DNA of 64,000 nt from the human T2T-CHM13v2.0 reference genome, Homo sapiens. The stretch is from NCBI RefSeq assembly GCF_009914755.1, contig NC_060929.1; one strand, written 5' to 3'. Positions within the stretch are counted from its first letter, which is position 1. The number at the start of each line of letters is the position of its first letter. The notes below the pieces were generated by a model. That model was given only the letters and a program-made list of their open reading frames with translations, ran no database searches and had not been told where the DNA came from. Position numbers and translations under genes: made by a program. This document shows, one piece after another, positions 1 through 13,406 of this stretch.

Positions 1-2383
1 GCAGGATTGTGTGGATAGGGAGGGCTCTGTTGATTGAAAGAGAGGAGAGAACCCAGTTCTAAGTATGGACGCTTTCCAGAGCCTAGAAGAAGTAAAGGGG
101 TGGTAGGTTCTTGTAGTTGACACTTGTGCCCTCCCCTACACAGAAACTCAGAAGGATGTCTGATGGGACTGGTGCAAGAATGCCTGTTTGCTGAGCACAG
201 AATGCCTCAGTCTTTAGAGCCTCCTCAGAGGACCCAGTGGCTGACTTCGGTGCAGAGGGGCAGGTGCCACAATCAGCAGAGTGCCATGTAATAAGTACAA
301 ATAATGAGGATCTCAGTGCAACTATGATGAGCTCATACCAGGCTCTCCTCCCCAAGGTTTTTGGATAGCACAAGCTGCTTGGGACCCTTACATAACACTA
401 GAGAAGAGGAAGAACTCCTAAACATGACTGATACTGAATTTTCCATTGTAATTTTTAATTAAGAAAAATACCCTTTATTGTCCCAAAGATTTATTAAATC
501 AATCTCACCTGATAATATACATACATTTGTGAATGGTGAGATTACCTTAACCATCCCAAAGGTGTTTACTATCTTCATATGAGGTTTTGGTATTAATAAA
601 TCAAATGATTTCTTATTGATGAAAATTTTAGGCAATGTAAAAAATAGAAATTTTTAGAGTAATTAAGTCATGAGAAGGTGCTTTTGGGGCTTTGGGGGAA
701 TCCATTAAGCTGCCCTTGCTCTTGAGAGCATCCCCATTTCTTCACTTCTGAAATGACAAGATCTTTCAAAGCCCCAACATGGCTTGAGTGTTTGAAAGCT
801 CTAGGATGATTTTTATTTGTTCTCTCTGATAGAAATGTCAAATGCAGGAGTTTGTGTGACACAAAATGTTTAGGCACACATAGCTGTTGCCATGAACAAA
901 ATCTTCTGTATACAAAGGAAGTATTCTGAACTGTTTCCATTTTAGTTTCCAGTAGCCTTTAAAATAACCAAATAAGATCAATCATTAGGGCTTAATGACC
1001 CAGAAACTAATGCTGGAAACATTTACTCTTTAATGATGTCTCCTCTTCCTTCCTTGGCCTCCCTAACTAACATAAATTCATCATTTGTCTGTGTCTATGA
1101 AGTAAGATCAGATTGACTGGGGGTCTCTTCTCAATATTTTTTTTTTACCTTAACCATGTACTGCAGTTGATCAGAGCAATTAACAGTGATCCAATCCAGA
1201 CAGAAAGTTATTTTAAATAACCTGACAACCAATCTGAATTCCAACTCTATGAAGGAAACTTGGCCAAAATGTGTTTAGTGTGTTCAAACATAGGCACTAT
1301 TCAAAATCAAAGCAGAAAAAAAATGAAACTCTGTTAAAAGTGGCTCAAGATGAAGGCATTGCAATTCCCATCTTGAGGGCGGCTGATGAGTTCTTTTCAA
1401 GGTGAGGTGTGCCCTAGCATGCAGAGAGGACAGAAAGGGATAAAAGGAACAAATAAGCAAACAGAATGTGCTCTCAGAACTCCCAGCTTGATTTCCTCAA
1501 AGAAAAAGTAGAAATAGATCAAATCAAAGCATTCTTTAAAGATGCTGAGGTGGCTTTAACTGACTAAAATGTAGCTTTAAAAAAATCAGTATCCTAAATG
1601 CCAGGTGATTAATAAAGGTCAAGCAGGCAACTTCCGGACTTTATCAGTATAAGCTTAGTCGTGTGCCTTTATTAGGAAATGATCAATACCTTCCTACTTA
1701 GCAATATTTTAGGGAATATTTTCCTATAATAGGTAAGGTTTTTAAAATATGAAGACAAAAGTGTAGTATAGTTACTTTGTTTTTCTGGTAGAGCTAAGGA
1801 AGTAAATGAACCTCACAATAGTCAGTTTATGCACCCAAGTGAGATTAATTGCTTTACTTACACCATTACATTATTACACAATTCTTGTTATGTGGGGTTT
1901 TAAAAGTCTTCACTGTTTAAGCTGTTTTCATTTTAGTTATTCTGTTATTTACAACTGAAAGAGAAAACTGGAGAGGTCTTTGTGAATCTCTACCATATTT
2001 TTTTATGACTTTTGATTTCAAGAACCAAAATTGAGGATAAACCTGAAGCAAACACTGTTGAAATGGCCTTTGCAGTACAGACTTCATAGGCTAGAGGGCA
2101 CAATTGTTTTAGCTGGTCCAAGGCAATGGAAAGCAAAACCTAGTCAACTGTTTCTTACACAGTGACCTAGCAGTTTTAAAATTTGGACCAAGAACGTGAA
2201 ATTGCTCCTCGCTAAAAATCCACATCTGCTGGAAGAAACAGTAGAATAAAATGTGCATTTTCTATAGTAGTTTTGGATGTTTTTTGCAGAGGTCCTGGGC
2301 TTGTGAGAAAAAATAGAACACTCCAAAAGGTCCTTTGGTTCAGCAAAATTTTCCTATCTTAGATTTATCAAGCTGTCCACTCA

Positions 2384-2755
<372 letters not shown>

Positions 2756-3389
2756 AATAACAGCCCCTCCCTCCAATGTTTGTATGTATATATGCATATA
2801 ACGTACTTGACAAGGAACTTGGTAAATACTTGACTATCATTAGGAAATTACAGGGTTGATTCTAAGTAGTGAGATTATGTCTTCTATGAAAATGGTTTCT
2901 TTTTAAAATGTACACATATTAATAATTTTTTTTTCCTAAAGCAGTTAGTTAGTCAATGATATTGTGTGGCCTTAACATTGTCTCTGCCTTTATTTGTTCC
3001 CTTCCTGCTTAGGGCTTTCTGGATCTTCTTTGCTGTTTTACCTTTTTTAATATGAAATGCTTCTGGTTTCTCCTCCTCACATATCATGTATGACCCCAAG
3101 TCCCAGATTATTTTTCTCTTTACTCATTTCTTCTGCTTCCTTCATGCCAGCACACCCAGGCAGAAGGAGAGCCACAGGAAAAGTGACCTCCACACTCACA
3201 AATTCCTGCTTCATTTCATCATGTTTTTTGCCTCACAAACTACAATTCTTATTCCCAAATTCAAATTTTTTCTTGAGTGATAGTTGTCTTTCTCTTCTTT
3301 CTGCACACCCAAAGATCTCAAGTAGGATATTTGGGGACTGATGAAGGGGAGAACTCAAGGAAATGATTGGGGCCTCAAAGAAGCTTCTA

Positions 3390-3705
3390 GGCCAGGTGTG
3401 GTGGCTCATGCCTGTAACCCCAATACTCTGAGAGGCTGAAGTGGGAGGATTGCTTGAGCCTAGGAGTTCAGCGCCAGCCTGGGCAAAAGAAGGAGGCCCT
3501 ATTTCCACACAAAAAAATTTTTAAATAGCCAGGCATGGTGATGGGTACCTGTGGTCCCAGCAACTTGGGAGGCTGAGATGGGAGAATCGCTTGAGCCCAG
3601 CAGGTTGAGGCTACAGTGAGCCGTGATCATGATCATACCACTTTACTCCAGCCTGGGCAACAGACTGAGATCCTGTCTCAAAAAAAAAAAAGAAAAGAAA
3701 AGAAA
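3390..3705 (+). mobile_element. AluJ
   Basis: ggccaggtgtggtggctc...gattgcttgagccc (J-type); poly-A tail; TSD aagaag(c/t)ttcta. Confidence 0.92.
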
Positions 3706-3814
3706 AAAGAAGAAGTTTCTAGATAAGGGATAAATGTCTCATTAGATATGATGTTAAATACTTTTTGAAGCCAATCTTTCCACTTCCACCTATGAAATAT
3801 ATTCCAAACCCATC

Positions 3815-4620
3815 TGTGGTAGGCAGAATGTTGGGCCTCATGACCTTCTCCCTCTGGAGTCACTCCTGTGAATATGTTACTTTACATGGCAGAATGGACT
3901 TGACAGGTGTAATTAAGGTTACTAATCAGCTGACCTAAAATGGAAGGTTATATTGGCTTATCCAAGTAGGCCCAATGGAATCACGTGAGCTCTTAAAAGC
4001 AGAGATATTTTTCCAGCTAGTAGTAGAAGATAAAGTCAGATATTCCAAGATGAAAAGGATTAAAAGTGCTGCTGTTAACTTGAAGATTAAGGTAACCATG
4101 TCAAGGAAATGGCAACCTCAGTCCTATAACCTCAAGAAACTGAATTCTGGCAGGGTGCAGTGGCTCACGCCTGTAATCCCAACACTTTGGGAGGCCGAGG
4201 CAGGCAGATCATGAGGTCAGGAGATTGAGATCATCCTAGCTAACACGGTGAAACCCCATCTCTATTAAAAATACAAAAAATTAGCCGGGCATGGCAGCGG
4301 GCACCTGTAGTCCCAGTTACTCAGGAGTCTGAGGCGGGAGAATGGCGTGAACGTGGGAGGCGGAGCTTGCAGTGAGCCGAGATCGTGCCACCGCACTCCA
4401 GCCTGGGCGACAGAGCAAGACAATGTCTCAAAAAAAAAAAAAAGAAAAAAAAGAAACTGAATTCTGCCAACAAACTGAATGCGCTGGAAAGCAGAATCTC
4501 CTCAAGAGCCTCCAGATGAGCCCTGTCCTGCTGATGCCTTGATTTCAGCTCTGCTAAACCCTGAGTAGAAGACCCAGTTGAGCAATTGCTGTGCCCAGAC
4601 TCTTGACCCACAGAACTGTG
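3815..4620 (+). mobile_element. MLT1E-like MaLR LTR, split by an Alu and 3'-truncated
   Basis: Starts tgtggtaggcagaat; contains gtaattaaggttactaatcagctgacc and gaattctgccaacaa; ends abruptly at cagaactgtg. Confidence 0.8.
4149..4450 (+). mobile_element. AluY-like element inside the MLT1E LTR
   Basis: Diagnostic gagaatggcgtgaac and gagcttgcagtg; TSD aagaaactgaattctg on both sides. Confidence 0.93.
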
Positions 4621-5119
4621 TCCATGATAATTATTTACACCACCATTCTTGTTACGTGGGATTTTAAAAGTCTTTCCTGTTTAAGCTATAGTTCTTCTCT
4701 TATTTATATTTTAAAAAGAAAATTTATATTGTCTTCTCAAGCTGTGAAAAAAAGGCTTAAAAGTTAAAACTTTCTTTGCATATGTATTATAGAAATGTAT
4801 TGGTCTTTTGATGAAAGAATGCAGCTGTCTTTGCACTGACTGAATGGATGTCAAGTGCTAGGCTCTGTGCTAGTCAGTTTATAGATCCCACTTCCAGTCC
4901 TCATCACAACTTTTATGTCCCAGAGGGAAAACAAATGATCAAATTGAGGGAAAAAAACAGCAACCATATCTGGTGATAAGAAAAATAAGGAACGTTATTT
5001 CAAAAAGGAGGCAGGTATATAAGGAAATAGTTTATTTTTGAATCTGACTCCAGTATGTAAAATGTCCAGGGTTTTAGGAGCCACCTACAGAGGGGAAATG
5101 TTTCTATCTTTAAGGGTTA

Positions 5120-5849
5120 TGAACCCAGCCTTTCTCTCTGGATGCACTTAACATTTTTTCCTTCATTTCAACCTTGGTGAATCTGACGATTATGTGTCTT
5201 GGGGTTGCTCTTCTCGAGGAATATCTTTGTGTTGTTCTCTGTATTTCCTGAATTTGTATGTTGGCCTGCCTTGTTAGGTTGGGGAAGTTCTCCTGGATAA
5301 TATCCTGAAGTGTGTTTTCCACCTTGGTTCCATTCTCCCCGTCACTTTCAGGTACACCAATCAAAAGTAGATTTGATCTTTTCATATATAGTCCCATATC
5401 TCTTGGAGGCTTTGTTCATTTCTTTTCACTCTTTTTTCTCTACTCTTGCCTTCTTGTGTTATTTCATTGAGTTGATCTTCAATCTCTGATATGCTTTCTT
5501 CCGCTTGATCGATTTGGCTGTTGATACTTGTGTATGCTTCCCGAAGTTCTTGGCTGTGTTTTTCAGCTCCATCAGATCATTTATGTTCTTCTCTAAACTT
5601 GTTATTCTAGTTAGCAATTCCTCTAACTTTTTTTCAACGTTCTTAGCTTCTTTGCATTGGGTTAGAACATGCTTCTTCAGCTCAGAGGAGTTTGTTATTA
5701 CCCACCTTCTGAAGCTACTACTGTCAATTCGTCAAACTCATTCTCCACCAGTTTTGTTCCCTTGCTGGCGAGGAGTTGTGATCCTTTGGAGGAGAAGAGG
5801 CCTTCTGATTTTTGGAGTTTTCAGCCTTTTAGCGCTGGTTTCTCCCTAT
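5120..5849 (-). pseudogene. Disabled, truncated L1 ORF1
   Basis: Expected start codon reads ATA (atagggagaaaccagcgc) at 5849. Only a 95-aa piece (5110-5397) stays open in the ORF track. Confidence 0.85.
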
Positions 5850-6537
5850 CTTTGTGGATTTTTCTAGCTTTGGTCTTTGATGTTGGTGACATTCAGATGG
5901 GATTTCTGAGTGGACGTCCTTTTTGTCGATGTTGCTACTATTTCTTTCTGTTAGTTAGTTTTCCTTCTAACAGGCTCCTCTTCTGCAGGTCTGCTGGAGT
6001 TTGCTGGAGGTCCACTCCAGACCCTGTTTTCCTGGGTATCACCAGCGGAGCTGCAGAACAGCAAAGATTGCTGCCTGTTCCGTCCTCTGGAAGCTTCATC
6101 CCAGAGGGGCACCTGCCAGATGCCAGCAAGAGCTCTCCTGTATGAGGTGTCTGTCGGCCCCTACTGGGAGGTGTCTCCCAGTCAGGATACACAGGGGTCA
6201 GGGCTCCATTTGAGGAGGCAGCCTGTCCCTTACCAGAGCTTGAACGCTGTGCTGGGAGATCCGCTGCTCTCTTAAGAGCTGTCAGGCAGTAGAGCTTAAG
6301 TCCGCTGAAGCTGTGCCCACAGCCGCCCCTTCCCCCAGGTGCTCTGTCCCAGGGAGATGAGGGTTTTATCTGTAAGTCCCTGACTGGGGCTGCTGTCGTT
6401 TTTTCAGAGATGCCCTGTCTAGAGAGTCAGTCTGGCTGCAGCGGACTTGCTGAGCTGTGGTGGACTCCGCCCAGTTCAAACTTCCCCGTGGCTTTGTTTA
6501 CACTGTGAGGGTAAAACCACCTATTCAAGCCTCAGCA

Positions 6538-6705
6538 ATGGTGGACGCCCCTCCCCCCACCAAGCTCCAGCATCCCAGGCCAACCTCAGACTGCGGTGCT
6601 AGCAGGGAGAATTTCAAGCCAGTGGATCTTAGCTTGCTGGGTGCCGTGGAGGTGGGACCCACCGGGCCAGGCACGGGAGGGAATCTCCTGGTTTGCCGGT
6701 TGTGA
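6538..6705 (+). CDS. L1 antisense ORF0-like small ORF (55 aa); translation unproven
   Basis: gcaATGg Kozak context at the ORF0 position of the L1 5'UTR. MVDAPPPTKLQHPRPTSDCGAS... resembles the L1HS ORF0 start MAGAPPPASLPPCSLISDCCAS. Confidence 0.5.
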   Translation: MVDAPPPTKLQHPRPTSDCGASRENFKPVDLSLLGAVEVGPTGPGTGGNLLVCRL

Positions 6706-7673
6706 AGACCATGGGAAAAGCGCAGTATCTGGGCCAGAGTGCACTGTTCCTCCCAGTACAGTCTCTCACGGCTTCCCTTGGCTAGGAACTGGAAATCCCC
6801 CGACCCCTTGTGCTTCCCAGGTGAGGCAACGCCCCACCCTGCTTGCTTGGGCTCGCCCTCCGTGGGTTGCACCCACTGTCCAACCCGTCCTAATGAGATG
6901 AACCAGGTACCTCAGTTGGAAATGCAGAAATCACCCACCTTCTGCGCGATCTCTCTGGGAGCTGCAGACCAGAGCTGTTCCTATTCAGCCATCTTGCCAG
7001 CAATCAAATGTAGTTTTTGGGGGGAGTTTTGCTTCCTAAGTCTAGGACCCATTCCAACTCCTACCTCTCACCAGTTGGGCCAAAGTTTCAGCACCCAGGA
7101 TCAAGGTGGGCCCCTCTGGATATCAATTGTCCACCCATCTTGTTTTATAGCAGAGTGGTCCATTGTGCTGCTTAGCACAGCTCTGCAACTTCTGTGCCAT
7201 ATTTGGGGCATCAGAATCTTATTTCTAGGTGGCCGATGAGAAAGCCTACCTAGATACGTAGGATAGTTCTCTTTCTGCCACATTTTTCATATGATCAGAC
7301 CAACACATAGCCTGAAGGAAGGGAGAAGTAGAAGAAATAAAAAGAAAAAAATAATATTGGTTAATTTCTCAAGCATATTTTCTTCCAAACATTCTAAAGA
7401 ATAAACTGATTCATTCAACAAACACAAAGGCATTCAGATGCTAAAGCATGTGCATTCACATGCTAATTCCAGAAAGAAAAAAAAAATGCATCTCATTAGC
7501 CTAAAGGCACTGGAGTCTGAGTTTAGCCATTCATTCAGTATAGCTAGTATAGTATTCAAGAAACCTGTCTGAATTGTAATTCAAGTATTAAATATATTTT
7601 TTTCCTCAGTAACACCCAATATTGGAAACTACACTAATCATTCATGTCTTAAGTATGCTTTTATCTCTCATGT

Positions 7674-7675
<2 letters not shown>

Positions 7676-7716
<41 letters not shown>
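7676..7716. repeat. (GT)n microsatellite, about 20 units, at the tail position of an AluJ
   Basis: Read directly from the sequence. Confidence 0.97.
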
Positions 7717-8020
<304 letters not shown>

Positions 8021-8849
8021 TAGCTGTATAAGCATTTTCACATTTTAAGATTTTTTTATTGACCTTTCTGACAATCACACCAGTGAAAAAAGATAGGGCA
8101 GTGTATAACATACTGCACAGAATGCATTGATCTGTACAGCCTTGTGAAAACATGGTATAGTTTTGCACATAACCTCTATATATGAGGATAAGGCCTATGA
8201 TAAAATTCTTGAGATTACTTATGTGTTGAATATGGCTCTGGTGTTCATGTCAAAAAAAAGCATCATAAGTCCATAGAATTTCTGAGGCAATTGAGAGATA
8301 AAATATCAAGTTTTTTTTTTTTTAAGAAAACCTTGCGGTTTTAAATAACATAGCAAACACCAACAAACATTAAGGAGGTTGAACCACTCAGTTCATGATG
8401 TTGTCATGACAACAGAGCTTGAAAACTGAAAGTGAGGCTAAAGATGAATGAAATTTTAGGTTGCATACCTTGTAAAAGGATCAAATCTTTAATTTTTAAA
8501 AAAGAAAATTTTCCAGTAGGTAAGGTTTCTGTAGGAGATCCCTCTGGACAAGAAGGGCCTCTCCCACTGGGTTTTACTTCCCTCTTTGCCTTCTAATGGT
8601 TTCCTGATGCTGACACCCAGCCTGGCCCGTGGAGTCTTTCTGCTTCCCTTAACTGCTGGCTGAAAAGAGGCAAAAAATTCCATTCCTTAGTAGTGCAACA
8701 GAAACAGCTTGGAATGTTCCAAGAGAGATGTTAATAAGAAAATGGAAGAAAACAAAACACAACATGAATATTTTTCAGCTCCCCAAATCATTTTTCAGTG
8801 ACACCAATGTGTGGCTCTTTTGGCTCTAGCAGTTTCTGAAGCTGTGACT

Positions 8850-8965
8850 AGGGAGACAAACCCATCCCAACTTTCCCAGGACTTTCTGGTTTTAGCATTG
8901 AAAATCTCTCATCCTGGGAAACCTGTTAGTCCCTAACGAACAAACTCGGACAGTTGGTCACTGTA
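8850..8965. mobile_element. MER81-like hAT-Blackjack MITE
   Basis: agggagacaaacccatccc...ttttagcattgaaa...ggacagttggtcactgta with degenerate terminal inverted repeats. Confidence 0.65.
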
Positions 8966-9606
8966 CCTGACTGTTAGAAGGAACACCCTAAAATCCCTCT
9001 TTTCCAGTCCTTGAATATTTTCTTATCCAACTCTTCCAGTATCCGTTTAGACCAAAGGTGATAAGACTGAATGAGTCTGTCTCAACCTGAGAATAGAAGG
9101 GTCCCACTTATTCAAATATATTCACATGGCTATAGCTAGTCAAAGGGCCACTGAGCCATGGGCTTGTAAAAAAGCATTTCACACTAGTCCTCAATCACTT
9201 GTCTTAGAGACAGATGCCATCAAGCCCCAACAGAAGACAGCTGCTGCCACTACCATGCACTCCTCAAAAAGTTTATCACAAGTATTGCAGGTGCTGACAT
9301 CAAAGGTAGGCTGGATCTTTGGGTAGTAAAACAACAGCTATTTAATTGGGTACTGTATAAACAGTCAAAGGGAAGTAGCTTTAAAGACTTCTGACCAAAT
9401 AAACCAGCAAACTTGGTCTTCTGTAGATCCAAGAAGTATAGACCACATAGTAACCAAAGGTGGAGAATTGACATTACTAAAATTAGAGGTGTCATTAGCC
9501 TCAAATATGAGTCCAATTTTTATAAATAACTTTTGTTCTTTTTTATGTATACCCATGTAGAAAAAATAAAAATATATAGAAAAAAAGACAATAAAAATCA
9601 ACAAAA

Positions 9607-9885
9607 GGCCGGGCGCGGTGGCTCACACCTATAGTCCCAGCACTTTGGGAGGCCGAGGCCGGCGGATCACCTGAGGTCAGGAGTTCAAGACCAGCCTACC
9701 CAACATGGCAAAACCCCATCTCTACTAAAAAATACAAAAATTAGCTGGGCGTGGTGATGGGCGCCTGTGATCCCAGCTACTTGGGAGGCTGAGATAGGAG
9801 GTTGCAGTGAGTCGGGACCGTGCCACTGCAATCCAGCTTGGGCCACAGAGTGAGACTCTGTCTCAAAAAAAAAAGAAAAAAAAAA
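9607..9885 (+). mobile_element. AluS with a right-arm deletion
   Basis: Alu dimer; gctgagataggaggttgcag lacks the gaatcgcttgaaccc segment; TSD aaaaatcaaca. Confidence 0.93.
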
Positions 9886-9961
9886 TCAACAATAATCTTA
9901 TTACACAGAGATATGCACGGCTAACTTTTTATCATTTCTTCATGATTTGTCTCCATACATG

Positions 9962-9964
<3 letters not shown>

Positions 9965-10003
<39 letters not shown>
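9965..10003. repeat. (TA)n microsatellite
   Basis: Read directly from the sequence. Confidence 0.95.
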
Positions 10004-10007
<4 letters not shown>

Positions 10008-10089
10008 ATAGGTATAATGTATATACATTTTCTATTCTTTTTCTCATGCCTAAGAGATCAAGAATATTCTCTTTTTTTGATATAACATT

Positions 10090-10462
10090 TGTTATTGACT
10101 GAATGTTCGTGTTATTTCCTCCCACCCCAAAATCATATTTTGAATCCCTAACCCTCAATATAATGGCATTTGGAGTCTGGGTCTTTGGAAGGTCATTAGG
10201 ATTAAATGAGGTCAAAAAAGTGAGGCCTTCATGATGAGATTAGTGCCCTCATAAAAAAAGATACCAGAGAGTTTGCGTTTTCTCTGTCTCTCTCTGCCAT
10301 ATGAGGACACAGTGAGAACAGGAATAGAGCCTTCACCAAGAACTGAATTACACAGCACCTTGATCTTAGATTTTCTAGCCTACCAAACTGTGATAAATAA
10401 GTTTTTGTTTAAGCCACCCATTCTATGGTATTCTGTTATGGCAACATGAGCTGACTAAGACA
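10090..10462 (+). mobile_element. MLT1A-like MaLR LTR
   Basis: tgttattgactgaatgtt...gattagtgccctcataa...gctgactaagaca. Confidence 0.8.
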
Positions 10463-10739
10463 CATCTTAGTCAGTATTTATAATTTTTTATAAATTACTT
10501 AGCATTTATAATTTTTTTCATTTTAAACATTCTCCAAACCCAACATTTATAATGATCAGATAATCATCCCCCGTAAAACATGAATGTACTATAATTTAAC
10601 ATACTGCTATTTTAATTCATTTAGATATATAATGCACACTTTGGGTTGCCCTTTCTGTTTTCCAAAAATATTTTTTTTCCAGTAATACAGTCTTCCTCCA
10701 AATAGCCAAACATCTTAAAGAGATGATTTCACTACGAGT

Positions 10740-11140
10740 TCTAGGAGTGGACCTGACTGGTCTAAGAATAATAGACCAATCCAACGATTGGTTCAGAAAT
10801 GGCATATGACTACTTCTAGCCAATAACATATGAAGGGAAGTTTGGTTAGAAAGATTTGGGAAAGTTTTCTCACATCTAAGACAGAGTCATTAGAAAATAT
10901 TGTCTCTTTTCTTCCTCTAGACATTGTGAATTCTGAGTGGTCAGCCATCTTACTTCTGAAAAATCACAGAAGAGATGAATGAAACTTAGTTATTTCACAA
11001 AACTGATGAATCACTGAACTGTAGCCTTGAAGTTCACCTCCTCCTCTGTACTTCTTGTTATGTGACATAAATTTGCTTTTTATTTAAGTCATCTTGTATC
11101 AGGATTTCAGACACTTGCAGGTAAAATTATTCTGACACAA
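10740..11140 (+). mobile_element. Old MLT1J/K-like LTR fragment
   Basis: gattggttcagaaatggcatatgact...ctagccaat...cttcttgttatgtgacataa...acttgcag. Confidence 0.55.
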
Positions 11141-11282
11141 ATTTTTTTCTACTTTTACAACAATCTTCATGCATAAATCTTTGTTTATATCTCTGATTAT
11201 TTCCTAAGATAGAATCTCTGAAGAAAAGGTTCAGGGTCAAAGACTATGAACATGTTTAATGTTCTTTTTTTAATACATTTTT

Positions 11283-11434
<152 letters not shown>

Positions 11435-13311
11435 TGAGAAAGTCTGCATCAATTTACATTCCCATGAGCAGTATATGAGGGACCATTTCAATGTATCTTT
11501 ACCAGCATCAAGTATTATCTTCTTAAAACTTTTTATTGATATGATAAAGAAATAATAGTACCATGTTGTGATATAAGTTTGAATTTTTGTTGAGGGTTGA
11601 CCATATTTTTATATATAGTATTTATTAGTCATTTATATTTAGTCATCTATACATTTTCTATTCATATCCTTGGCTGATTTTTCTTAGTTTTGTTAAGTAG
11701 AATTTGAGGCTAGGTAGTCATTTTTTAAAGTTGGATATAATATACTCTTTATTTTAATATCTCTGGTTTGGATAGAAAGGCTTATTATTACAGGACAGAA
11801 ATTGACGATGGATTTTTAGGTCAGGTCATAAAATGGAAAAAAAAAAAACCTTGAAAATCATTAGAGGCACAAAAACCTTCTTTTCTTTAAAACATGTTCG
11901 TATCGTTGAGTTTGAGTAAATTCATGAAAGAGTTTAATAATTTAATAATCATAGTTTAAATTCACATGGAATCTCATAACTTTATTTCAATAATCAGTAT
12001 TCTTAGGTTATGTAACCACTCCTTTTAAAGATTCGTTTATGACCTATTCAGTAATATTTAGGTTTCTCTGTACTGCCTTAATAAACCCACTATGACTTTC
12101 CTCATGCACCCTCTTGCTAAAAATTGTTTTATGTCAGGGCTTAGCAAATTTATTATCAGTTGGAGAGAAACGTGGGCATGTAAAATAAAAAATGAATTCT
12201 AATAATAATACACGCTCAAGATATAGGAGACAATACTTGTCCATTTTTATTCTAAAATTGCCAGTTTTCATTGTGTTTGCAATCCAGGAAAATAGCATAA
12301 TTCAGTTTTCATTATTAATGTGTTCAATTACACATTTTTATATAGATTGGCGTTAGTGTGGTGCTCTCTTGAGAGAAAAGGGGAGACATGATGAATAGTG
12401 CTTCACTCTCTTACTGCCCAACCTCCTCCCACAACTTTGACTGGATTGGAAAGAATATTAGAAAGTGCAGCAGCCTGCTTTGTCCCAGAAGTTATCATGT
12501 CAGAAGAAAAATCTGTGTCACCTTTGTGTCACCTGGCCTTGTATGTAAAGCGTGGTGGCCTCGTCTATGTGATCAACAGGTCTCTCTCAGGCAGCAGCGC
12601 AGGAGCCAGGAACCCTGGATGAATGGCCCTTGAGTCAGGTGGGCTTTATCGTAAAAATCAATCTGCAGATCAGGCAGAGAGGCTGCAGTCACTGAGGACT
12701 GGGGCAAGACTTTAGATGCCCGGGAAAATCTGGCAAGGGGGAGAGACAAGTTACCGAGACCAGAGAAAAAAAGCAAATCTTGGAAACTGGAGCACACAGT
12801 GGTGGAAAGAGCTGTAAGTCAGAGAACAATGAGCTTTCCCCAAATTTGACTGGCAGCAAAGGAGACACAATGTGGAATGTGGAAATCCAGCAGTTTGCTC
12901 TGGGCAACTCAAAATCCAGGCTGGTAACAAATCTCTGCAAACTAGTTTTAGCCAAAGAGAAGGATAGGGTTATCATAAGAGCCAAGGTCAGGAATTCAAG
13001 AAGCAACTGGAATTGGGAATAAGAAAATCATCAGGACCGCAGGCCATATTTTACCATCTCTGCTTCTCACTGGACATATGCTACATTTTTCTCTCTCTGC
13101 ATCTGTTGGATAGCTCACTTCAGTCCACACTGATCGTGGCAGCTTCTAGCTCCTGAGTTCATATGATATAGTTCAACCACACAAACTCTTGCAACCTCTA
13201 TCTAGTCAAAAATTTTATTTAATGATTGGCCCAGCTCTAGTACAATCAGCTGTATTCATGGCAGGTAGGGTCACAGTGAAGAGATAGGACCATGGAAACC
13301 CACCCCTGATA

Positions 13312-13349
13312 TGTTAGTCAGGATTCTCAGACCAAACAGAATGAGTAGG

Positions 13350-13406
<57 letters not shown>

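Larger units (their letters stand above)
5120..7003 (-). mobile_element. Primate L1 (L1PA7/8-like): complete 5'UTR plus the 5' part of ORF1, 3' portion absent
   Basis: Minus strand begins ctggcaagatggctgaataggaacagctc (L1 5' end with YY1 motif). The translation NLLLIGVPESDGENGTKVENTLQDIIQENFPNL...TPRHIIVRFTKVEMKEKML is L1 ORF1p. No ORF2 or poly-A tail follows. Confidence 0.95.

Noticed and set aside
83-373. 96-aa minus-strand ORF as a coding exon
   Set aside because: Non-ATG start, no recognisable domain and no convincing splice boundaries; the length is compatible with chance.
5505-7239. Cluster of 100-166 aa ORFs
   Set aside because: All lie in the L1 5'UTR or antisense to ORF1. Only the ORF0-position frame has precedent.
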